NCBI GenBank assembly: GCA_964252075.1
Contig: CAXULY010000059.1
Coordinates: forward strand, 1-27,932
Direction: 5' to 3'
DNA length: 27,932 nucleotides
From: an uncultured Deinococcaceae bacterium
Lineage (GTDB): Bacteria; Deinococcota; Deinococci; Deinococcales; Deinococcaceae
Shown here: one piece after another, positions 8,928 to 15,821 of the stretch
How positions within the stretch are numbered: position 1 is the stretch's first letter
Layout: every line of letters starts with the position of its first letter
The notes under the pieces: generated by a model
Database searches by the model: none
Told to the model about the DNA's origin: nothing
The model's input: the letters and a program-made list of their open reading frames with translations, nothing else
Translations under genes and position numbers: made by a program

Positions 8928-9455
8928 GTGCGACCGTTGGACCTGGCGATGCTCCTCGCGTTCCCCGAGGAGCCTGTTGGGCGCAAGGCGTTCCTCGACG
9001 GCCTCCCAGTCACCTGGACGCGCGGTGCGGCCGAGCAGGCGTTCTTGCGCCTGCAGGACGCGCAGTTGATTGGGCGGGTGTCCCGTGGGGTGTACGCCCT
9101 GACGGAGACCGGACGGGCGACGCGCGCGGCGCTGCGACCCGGCGGGCCAATCAAATTAGAGGCGGGTGACCGGTTGACGGGCAGTCGAGCGGGGTTCAGG
9201 AAACGGCCGCGGGTAAGCGTCGCGACCCTCAGGCCGCTGGACCGCGCCCTGCTGCGGGCGTTCCCGGACGGCCCAGTGGAGCCGCTGGCGGCGGTGCAGG
9301 CGGTGGAGGACCAGCAGGTGCGGTGGGATCTTCAGAACGCCTACCGGCGACTTCGGATAAAAGGGCTGATCGAGCGGCGGCTGCTGGGGGTGTACGCCTT
9401 GACGGCGGAAGGGCGCGCGGCGCGTGAGGCGCTGCGCGCGGACCTTCCTGGGTGA
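8928..9455 (+). CDS. Tandem (2x) winged-helix protein (same family)
   Basis: Two RPLDxAxLxAFP...GVYALTxxGRA domains; TAAGCT 5 nt before GTG 8928. Confidence 0.85.
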   Translation: MRPLDLAMLLAFPEEPVGRKAFLDGLPVTWTRGAAEQAFLRLQDAQLIGRVSRGVYALTETGRATRAALRPGGPIKLEAGDRLTGSRAGFRKRPRVSVATLRPLDRALLRAFPDGPVEPLAAVQAVEDQQVRWDLQNAYRRLRIKGLIERRLLGVYALTAEGRAAREALRADLPG

Positions 9456-9639
9456 GTGGGCCGGGCGCGACTCCGGCCGGTGGCGCTCCCAGGTGGAATC
9501 GTTCGGCAACGTCCTGGGCGAAAGGGGCTGTGCGTGGGGGCGGCCAGCGGGGAGATCGCCAACTCTGGGGAGAGTGCCGCTGTTTGGGTTCGACCCGACC
9601 GGCACCCGCGAGGGGTCCGGCAGCGGCATAAGCTGAGGC

Positions 9640-9771
9640 ATGTCGCCCTCTTCCGAGCAATTCACCGTCGTGCCCCGCGCCGCGCTCCTGTCGCTGTTCC
9701 CGCCCTCCGATGTGGCGGCGCTCACGCCGGTGCAGGCCTGGACCACCAACGACGGTGATGTTCGCCCGTGA
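9640..9771 (+). CDS. 43-aa ORF (MSPSSEQFTVVPRAALLSLFPP...), possible small protein or truncated remnant
   Basis: TAAGCT 5 nt before ATG; GC3-rich codons; below the ORF-track size cut-off. Confidence 0.4.
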   Translation: MSPSSEQFTVVPRAALLSLFPPSDVAALTPVQAWTTNDGDVRP

Positions 9772-9781
9772 GCTTCAGGGC

Positions 9782-10015
9782 ATGAAGTTGATGGATGAGG
9801 ATGTGTTGCGGGTGTTTCCGGAAGAGCCCACCGGACGCTACGCGTTCGTGTCGAAGCTGCCGGCGGGGTGGAAGCGTGGAGCGGTGGACCACGCCATCCG
9901 GCGGTTGATCGCTGCGGGTCAGGTGGTCCGCGTGTCGCGTGGTCGGTACGCCCTCACGGACGCGGGTCGGGCGGCGCGGGATGCCCTGGCGTCTCGCGAC
10001 CCGCAGGCCGGGTGA
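9782..10015 (+). CDS. Single-domain winged-helix protein (same family)
   Basis: MKLMDEDVLRVFPEEP...SRGRYALTDAGRAAR. Confidence 0.85.
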   Translation: MKLMDEDVLRVFPEEPTGRYAFVSKLPAGWKRGAVDHAIRRLIAAGQVVRVSRGRYALTDAGRAARDALASRDPQAG

Positions 10016-10085
10016 GTTGGGGCGCTCCCGGGGAAACGTTCGGCCACGCGCAGGAGGCCGGTCCGGCAGCGGCATACTGAATCGC

Positions 10086-10517
10086 ATGCTTGACGCGTTC
10101 GCGCCCCGCCGCCTGATGCTGCAGCAACATGAGCTGGCGCTCTTTGCCGTCACCACCCTGGTCGGCATCGACGGCACCACGGCGCGCGCCGAGGCGCTTG
10201 AACTGGTCAACGTGGGGCCTGAGGACGCCGTCCTCACGGGCCTCAGCATCTGGTGGGTGCGCCGGGACGGCGTGCCGTTCAGCGCGGAGTTGGTGCGGGG
10301 GGATCGGTTGACGTCCATCAGCAAATGCGTGCTGCTGGACGACGGGGACCTCGCGCACCTCGCGCAGGCCGGCGGTGACGCCTCCCTCCAGACGGAGGAC
10401 GGCCCGCGGCACGTCACCCTGACCGTCCTCATTGGTGATGAAACCAAGGCGCTCACGTTCGTGTACGACAACCACGCGCAGGTCAAGCCGCACCTGATGG
10501 TGGAGATTCAGGGCTGA
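10086..10517 (+). CDS. Unknown beta-rich protein, family X copy 2
   Basis: Paralog of 8157..8582; CATACT 7 nt before ATG 10086. Confidence 0.8.
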   Translation: MLDAFAPRRLMLQQHELALFAVTTLVGIDGTTARAEALELVNVGPEDAVLTGLSIWWVRRDGVPFSAELVRGDRLTSISKCVLLDDGDLAHLAQAGGDASLQTEDGPRHVTLTVLIGDETKALTFVYDNHAQVKPHLMVEIQG

Positions 10518-10520
10518 GGC

Positions 10521-11021
10521 TTGTGGGAGGGCCCCGAGCAGCATTACCTGGTGACCGCCAGCGCGCACGCCAGCGTCATCGCCCAGGGCCACCTGGAGCA
10601 CCGCTCCGGCCTGGTGTGGGCCCACCACCTCACGCTGCTGTGGCACCCGGGCGAACCGGGCGTCCTGACGGGCGTGACCCTGACCTGGGCGCGAAACGGC
10701 CGCCCACAGACCCAGGTGACGCGGACCCACTCCGAGCGGCGTCCCGGTCAGACGATCTCGATCCTGGACAGCGCAGACCCGCCGGCCCAACACGCCGAAT
10801 CATCTCAACGGAAGGCCGCGCCTGAAACGTTCTGGACCAGTGCACCGGACCGTGACCTGCGGCTTGACTTCCACACCCCTGATGGCCCGGGCACGTTGCG
10901 CTTCACCTACCGGGACCTGCGAGGGGAGCGCAAGATCCTGGTGCGACCGTTTCAGCACCTCAGTCCACTGGACCGACCAAGATGGACGGTCTGCCCCCCT
11001 CGATCAGATTGGGCGACTTAA
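10521..11021 (+). CDS. Hypothetical protein, probable distant family X member
   Basis: VLTGVTLTWARNG ~ VLTGLSIWWVRRDG; ISILDSAD ~ CVLLDDGD; LRFTY ~ LTFTY/LTFVY. Confidence 0.65.
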   Translation: MWEGPEQHYLVTASAHASVIAQGHLEHRSGLVWAHHLTLLWHPGEPGVLTGVTLTWARNGRPQTQVTRTHSERRPGQTISILDSADPPAQHAESSQRKAAPETFWTSAPDRDLRLDFHTPDGPGTLRFTYRDLRGERKILVRPFQHLSPLDRPRWTVCPPRSDWAT

Positions 11022-11027
11022 TTATTG

Positions 11028-11345
11028 TTAGGAAGCTGTTCCTGAATCCGCTGGAAGCGGGGGCATGAGGACGCCCGCTGCAAGTCCGGCCTGCGTGTAC
11101 GCGTCGGCCGGTGACGCGCCAGACTCGAGGAGCGTCAGCATGTGCGCCAGCGCCTCGAGGGTTGTGACGTTCGCGAGGTCCTGCAGTTGCTCGGTCGCCA
11201 GCACCGCGACCGCCTCCCAGCCCGACCGTTCGTACGGGGCGAGCGCGCGGTAACTCAGGACCTCCGGCGGTTGTCGGTACGCCGCCTGGGCGAAGGTGAA
11301 GTAGAAGCGCTCGCCGGGGGACGACGCGCGAGGGGTTTCGGGCAC
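11028..11345 (-). CDS. Small hypothetical protein
   Basis: AGGAG RBS; N-terminus PGERFYFTFAQ...ERSGWEAVA resembles the N-terminus of 12798..13432. Confidence 0.7.
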   Translation of the reverse strand: MPETPRASSPGERFYFTFAQAAYRQPPEVLSYRALAPYERSGWEAVAVLATEQLQDLANVTTLEALAHMLTLLESGASPADAYTQAGLAAGVLMPPLPADSGTAS

Positions 11346-11367
11346 GTGGGGCTCCTACACTGGGGTC

Positions 11368-12339
11368 ATGGGCTTGGAGTTGATGGTGCACCGCGCGACG
11401 CTGGCGCAGCGCGCCGCGCGCGTCGCGGAGCTGGACGAGGGCGAACGCCGGCGCGTCGCGGCGCAGGCGGCGCGGGACCTGGACGCCGACGCCCTGTGGC
11501 CGCTGGTGGAGGCGCACCTCGCTACGCGGGGCCGCAAGGGCGCGCGCGTCGCGCAGCGCACGCTGGACACCTACGAGCTGGGCGTGCGGATGTTCGTGCG
11601 GTGGGCGGGCGAGCGCGCGGTGAGCCTGCTGCGCCCGAAGCCGGACGTGGGGTTCACGTACGCCCGGCACCTGGAGGCGCTGGGGTACAAGGCGGCGAGC
11701 GTGCGGGTGTACCTCGCGGCGGCCTCGCACGTGTTCGCGGCGCTGCGGTGGTGCAACGCGACGGAGGCGACACCGTTCACGGACGTCCGCGCGGCGCCCG
11801 ACCCGGTGCCGCGCACGCAGAAGCGCAAGCCGTACCCGGACGAGGACGTCCGCCAGCTCCTGAAGGTCGCCACGCCGGAAGAGGCGGTGCTGGTGCTGCT
11901 GGGCGCGCACGCGGGCCTGCGCGCCTCGGAGATCGTGGGTGTGCACTGGCGGGACCTGCACCTCGATGTCGCGCGGCCGTTCGTGACGGTGATCGGGAAG
12001 GGCGCGAAGACCCGGGATGTGGACGTCAGCGCGAGCCTGCGCGCGGCCTTGCTGCGCTGGCGGGAGGTGCTGGGCGCGCACGCGGGTGAGCGGGTGCTGC
12101 CGTACGGGCACCGCACGCGCGCCGTGAATGTCCTCAAGGCGCTGTGCGGGCGGGCGGGCGTGACGTACGACCGCAGGCACCTGCACGGCCTGCGGCACAC
12201 CGCCGGCACGCGCCTGTACCAGGACACGCACGACCTGCTGCAGGTCCGCGAGCACCTCGGGCACGCGAGCGTCACATCCACCGAGGTGTACGTCGAGTAC
12301 GCCCGCGCCGAGAAGCGCAGCAAGGTCAGCGACTGGTAG
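11368..12339 (+). CDS. Tyrosine recombinase/integrase (XerC/D-like)
   Basis: Catalytic residues GLRASE (R), GKG (K), LHGLRHT (HxxR), LGH, TEVY (Y); TACACT 6 nt before ATG. Confidence 0.95.
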   Translation: MGLELMVHRATLAQRAARVAELDEGERRRVAAQAARDLDADALWPLVEAHLATRGRKGARVAQRTLDTYELGVRMFVRWAGERAVSLLRPKPDVGFTYARHLEALGYKAASVRVYLAAASHVFAALRWCNATEATPFTDVRAAPDPVPRTQKRKPYPDEDVRQLLKVATPEEAVLVLLGAHAGLRASEIVGVHWRDLHLDVARPFVTVIGKGAKTRDVDVSASLRAALLRWREVLGAHAGERVLPYGHRTRAVNVLKALCGRAGVTYDRRHLHGLRHTAGTRLYQDTHDLLQVREHLGHASVTSTEVYVEYARAEKRSKVSDW

Positions 12340-12396
12340 CGTGACGCCCCAATGATGCGACCCTCGAGGCAGGTGATGCGTCACTTGGGATCGGCA

Positions 12397-12801
12397 TCAC
12401 CGGTCACCCATGATGGGCTGGGCGATCACCCGCGGTTTGGGGCGCAGCGCGTCCAGGCGTTTGCGCAGGCGGGGCGGGAGGCCCGGCCAGAGGATCAGCG
12501 CGATCGCCACGTGCGCCACCAGCTCCAGCGCGTGCAGGGCGGAGGGAGCGGCCACCACGTAGGTCAGCAGGTTGATGCCGATGCTGGCGATCCAGGTCCG
12601 TTTCAGGCCGACGACGCCCGGTGTGCTGAGCGCGGTGGGGTGGGCCTTCAGGTACCCGGCGAGCAGCCGGGCGGCCACGGACGCCACCAGGGTGACGCCC
12701 ACGGCCACCACCAGCCGGAAGTCCCGCAGCACGTCGCGCAGGTCCAGCGCGAGCAGCACCGCGACCAGGATGAGGATGGTGGTCTTTCTGCCTGTGGTCA
12801 T
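12397..12801 (-). CDS. Small membrane protein
   Basis: ATGA coupling at 12801; several hydrophobic segments (MTTGRKTTILILVAVLLA...). Confidence 0.75.
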   Translation of the reverse strand: MTTGRKTTILILVAVLLALDLRDVLRDFRLVVAVGVTLVASVAARLLAGYLKAHPTALSTPGVVGLKRTWIASIGINLLTYVVAAPSALHALELVAHVAIALILWPGLPPRLRKRLDALRPKPRVIAQPIMGDR

Positions 12802-13432
12802 GGGGCGTGGGGAACCTCGGCGATGAGGGCCTGCCGCTGGGCGCGCCGGGCTTTTTCCTCCGCCCATAGGATACGGAAATCGCCCAGGTTCTGATCTGTT
12901 GCGACCTGCACCAGCTGCTGGAACAGGGCGTCGTCTTCGTCGCCGTTCCACGCGGCGAGGTCGAACAGCACCTCGAGCTGGTACGTGTCGACGGTGCGGT
13001 TCATGGCATCGGCGGCCTGGTTCACCACCTCGAAGGCGTAGGTGCTGACCTTGCTGATCTGCCCACCCGTGACATCCTCGTAGACGCGGGGCACCTGGTC
13101 GAGCAGGAAGCTGAAGGTTTCCAGCTCCTGGTACACCAGGTCTTCGTCGAGGGTGCCGTCCGGGCGGCGGACGATGCGGTCCCAGAAGGCGCGGATCTCG
13201 GCGCGTTTCGCGTCAACCTCCGCCTGGCTGGGTCGGGGTTCGGGGAAGGTGGGCGGCGTGCGGTCGGGGTGGGCGGTCTGGAGGGTCTGTCCAGCGGCCT
13301 GCTCCCACTGCTGGCGCAGCTCGGGCGGGAGTTCAGTCCAGGGCGCGACGCGCAGGGTACGCGGGCGACGGCGCTAGGCGGGACGTACTGCGCGAACTGC
13401 TGATAGGCAACCTCGCCGAGCGTAATGGTCAT
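12798..13432 (-). pseudogene. Phage-type hypothetical gene with a 1-nt frameshift near 13355
   Basis: ATG 13432 (coupled) gives MTITLGEVAYQQFAQYVPPSAVARVP; one extra C continues LRVAPWTELPPELRQQWEQAA..., in frame with 12798..13136. Confidence 0.7.
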
Positions 13433-13644
13433 ACGCGTTCCGGCCAGTGCCAAGTGAGGGGGATATGTCCGTCTTGGTCTGCGGGGACGGCCTCGATGAG
13501 GACGACGGGCTGGTCATGAAATGGCATGAGAACGTGGAGATCGAGGGTGCTGGAGTTGGCGGTGAGCGCACTGATCGTCGCGGGGCGATGAACGCCCTGG
13601 TCATCGACGAAATGCACCTGCCGACCCACGGTGTTCTGGGACAT
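13429..13644 (-). CDS. Small phage-type protein (TVGRxVH...WHWPERV)
   Basis: AGGAGGAG RBS before ATG 13644; motif pattern recalled from small phage hypothetical proteins. Confidence 0.8.
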   Translation of the reverse strand: MSQNTVGRQVHFVDDQGVHRPATISALTANSSTLDLHVLMPFHDQPVVLIEAVPADQDGHIPLTWHWPERV

Positions 13645-13891
13645 GACTCCTCCTGTGGACGCAAATGGGTTCTGGCAGGCGGCGCGCCTGGGCGCCGCCT
13701 GTCGTTTGGATGTCAGGGTGACTGGCGTCCGGCCTTGCGGCGGTCGCTGCCCTTCCGGCATGAGGCCGTCGGCCCTCCGGCTATGCCGGGCCTCGCGGGA
13801 GGGCCTTACCTGAGTTCGTGGATGGTGCGCGCCAGGGAGATGCTCAGGCGAGGCCCGGCGCGCCGCCACTCGAATTCGTGTCGCCCGGTGG

Positions 13892-13919
13892 CGCGGGCTC
13901 CGCGGCCGCGGAGCCCGCG
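13892..13919. repeat. Perfect 28-bp palindrome with no spacer
   Basis: CGCGGGCTCCGCGG|CCGCGGAGCCCGCG, checked base by base. Confidence 0.9.
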
Positions 13920-13984
13920 GTCGCGTGTCAGGAGTTGTCATGCTGCTCGCCCTCCAGACGCGTCTGGGGGCAACACCTCAGGCA

Positions 13985-14302
13985 TCAGTCCGCGCTGAGT
14001 TTGTGGGCGCGCGCGGCGTCGGCGCTGCTAGCGTGGTGGATGGGGTCGCTGATGTCCTCGTAGGTGACGCCCAGGACAGTCAGCAAGTTCGTGAGCCCAA
14101 CGTAGTCGGGGTAGCGCACGAGGGTGCGCGTCCCTGTTTTGGTGTCCTCGCCCTCGAGGCGCTTATAGGCCCAGCGGGAGAGGTTGATGCGGCGGCACAA
14201 GGCAGAGATGTTCCGGAATCCCATTTTCAAGCGTGCTGCACGAAGTTTCTCGGGACTGATGATGCGTCGCTCAAGAACCTGTAGGCAATCCCTACGGGAC
14301 AT
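13985..14302 (-). CDS. XRE-family HTH regulator, Cro-like
   Basis: KLRAARLKMGF...SALCRRINLSRWAYKRLE...LLTVLGVTYEDI; divergent from the repressor-like gene; leaderless (TACAAT 7 nt before ATG). Confidence 0.8.
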   Translation of the reverse strand: MSRRDCLQVLERRIISPEKLRAARLKMGFRNISALCRRINLSRWAYKRLEGEDTKTGTRTLVRYPDYVGLTNLLTVLGVTYEDISDPIHHASSADAARAHKLSAD

Positions 14303-14338
14303 GTCACATATTGTAGGAGACTCCTACGAACAAAGCAA
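14279..14338 (-). promoter_or_regulatory. Leftward promoter TTGCTT-17-TACAAT overlapped by two 19-bp operators
   Basis: -35 at 14338-14333, -10 at 14315-14310; operators CTGTAGG-CAATC-CCTACGG (14279-14297) and TTGTAGG-AGACT-CCTACGA (14311-14329). Confidence 0.8.
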
Positions 14339-14482
14339 ACACCCCAGCAGCGGTCTACAAATTGGGGGATATTAGGAGCGTTTCATTCATAGTTGACCCG
14401 CAACATACGCATGTCGAACTGCTGCGGCCTTCCCTTTGCTCGGTTAACAACCCTCATGTGTGCATTTCAGGTTTACGTCGTT

Positions 14483-14513
14483 TTGTTGGACAGACCTACA
14501 AAATCCTTATACT
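14483..14513 (+). promoter_or_regulatory. Repressor promoter TTGGAC-16-TATACT overlapped by a 19-bp operator
   Basis: Operator TTGTTGG-ACAGA-CCTACAA 14483-14501; TATACT 14508-14513. Confidence 0.7.
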
Positions 14514-14522
14514 CAGGCCACT

Positions 14523-15131
14523 GTGACGAACCGGCGATCGCCAGAACCGCTCAAACTCCCCAAACCCGGACGGCGGCCTACCAGCCTGCCGCCGCGTGAG
14601 CCGCCGGAGCGTGTGGAAACCGACGCCGAGCGCCGCCAAATGCTGTACTGGCAAATCATGTCGAAGTTCGACACCATCGCCACCGCCGCCACCTTCGCGG
14701 ACCTGAACCGCGTGCACCTCTCACAGCTGCTGAGCGGTAAGGGAAACTTCCTCACCATGGACCGTAAGACCATCACACGGCTCCTCAACCTGCTCGGCAT
14801 GAGCGACGTCACGGCCTGGGAAACATTCAATATCCCGCTTGAGCACCGCGACCACTGGACCACCACGCGCGCCGCGCCGCTCGGCTTCGTGCGGCGCCCC
14901 GAAGGCATGCACGATCTGGTGCTGGACGCGCCCCTGCAGGTGATCGTGCCGGCCGGAGAAACCATCACCATCAACGAAGCAGGGCCCCCAGGCGGACTGA
15001 TGGTGTCGCGCCTCGGAGCCAACTTATTCGTGACGCCCGCCGAGACTATCCCCAAAGGGGCGCGCGTGCTGGGGCGACTGATGATCGGGATGGATAGCGT
15101 CTTCGGTCCAGCACCGTCAGGGCCAGAGTGA
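14523..15131 (+). CDS. CI-like repressor (HTH plus degenerate S24-like C-terminal domain)
   Basis: IATAATFADLNRVHLSQLLSGK HTH; C-terminus VPAGETITIN...GGLMVSRL...RVLGRL; divergent from the Cro-like gene. Confidence 0.7.
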   Translation: MTNRRSPEPLKLPKPGRRPTSLPPREPPERVETDAERRQMLYWQIMSKFDTIATAATFADLNRVHLSQLLSGKGNFLTMDRKTITRLLNLLGMSDVTAWETFNIPLEHRDHWTTTRAAPLGFVRRPEGMHDLVLDAPLQVIVPAGETITINEAGPPGGLMVSRLGANLFVTPAETIPKGARVLGRLMIGMDSVFGPAPSGPE

Positions 15132-15248
15132 CCTGGGCGCCCGTCTCGACGAACCCCACATGCAGCTGACCCACCATCCTCACGGCCAGTGGGACAAGTG
15201 GGGTGAGCGCCTCGACTTCATCAAGGGTCAGTGGGGTTGGGAGCCGAA

Positions 15249-15536
15249 TCATGCCGGCACGACCGGTCGTGCCGAGTAGATGGAGCAGTGGATGTTCACA
15301 ACGGACCCAGGCTACCGAGGGCACTGTTTCTGAGCACTTAGCGGTACTTCGTGTGCCACATCGTGCATCACACAGATCAAGTTGGCACACATCCGCAGGT
15401 GGTGCAGTCCATGCCAGACGATGCGCAGGTCAAACGGGTTTTGTTCGTATCGGTGCTCGAAGATACTTGGCGCGTAGTGCCAGACCCATTGATGAACGAA
15501 GCGATGCGCAAACTGGTGGCGCGACTCGCGCAGCAC
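15249..15536 (-). pseudogene. Possible small gene downstream of the peptide terminator with one in-frame TAG (15312-15314)
   Basis: Frame continues past TAG to a TGA that overlaps ATG 15252 of a further 68-aa ORF (MIRLPTPLTLDEVE..., 15046..15252). Coding strand here is uncertain. Confidence 0.35.
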
Positions 15537-15574
15537 ATTAACCTAAGCTAAAGGCCTCATCACACGAGACCAAG

Positions 15575-15610
15575 GAAAGAGGCGACCCACAATTGCGGAT
15601 CGCCTCTTTC
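15575..15610. terminator. Intrinsic terminator-like hairpin
   Basis: GAAAGAGGCGA (15575-15585) / TCGCCTCTTTC (15600-15610), directly after the peptide gene stop. Confidence 0.75.
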
Positions 15611-15617
15611 ACTCAGT

Positions 15618-15767
15618 TCAGCATTTCGGGCAGGGCCAAGAGGTGGACGTGGGCGCCGAATGCGAGGGGGGCGGGTCGATCGTCGCCGCCACGGCAGCGG
15701 GAGCGACGGTGAGGGAGATGATGAGGGTAGACGCAATAATCCCCAACGCAGTTCTAATCCGCTTCAT
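15618..15767 (-). CDS. 49-aa secreted pro-peptide (absent from ORF track)
   Basis: MKRIRTALGIIASTLIISLTVAPAAVAATIDPPPSHSAPTSTSWPCPKC: basic n-region, hydrophobic h-region, AVA cleavage motif; TAAACT 6 nt before ATG. Confidence 0.8.
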   Translation of the reverse strand: MKRIRTALGIIASTLIISLTVAPAAVAATIDPPPSHSAPTSTSWPCPKC

Positions 15768-15773
15768 GACTTA

Positions 15774-15820
15774 AGTTTACAAGAGGGACTTATTCCCGTA
15801 AATAGAGGAGCCTCCTACAA
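15774..15820 (-). promoter_or_regulatory. Peptide-gene promoter TTTACG-17-TAAACT with operator abutting the -35
   Basis: -35 at 15802-15797, -10 at 15779-15774; operator ATAGAGG-AGCCT-CCTACAA 15802-15820. Confidence 0.65.
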
Positions 15821-15821
15821 T

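Noticed and set aside
6926..10015. AbiE type IV toxin-antitoxin or Mrr restriction system
   Set aside because: Only the wHTH domain is present; no nucleotidyltransferase toxin or nuclease domain seen.
6900..12339. Integron-like cassette array beside a tyrosine recombinase
   Set aside because: No recurring attC-like site found between genes, no evident IntI-specific insertion, and genes carry their own promoters.
12341..12401. Short inverted repeats after the recombinase (GTGACGC/GCGTCAC; GGTGATGC/GCATCACC) as a recombination site
   Set aside because: Arms are only 7-8 bp with long spacers, not the usual ~11-13 bp arms around a 6-8 bp core; may simply be a terminator between convergent genes.
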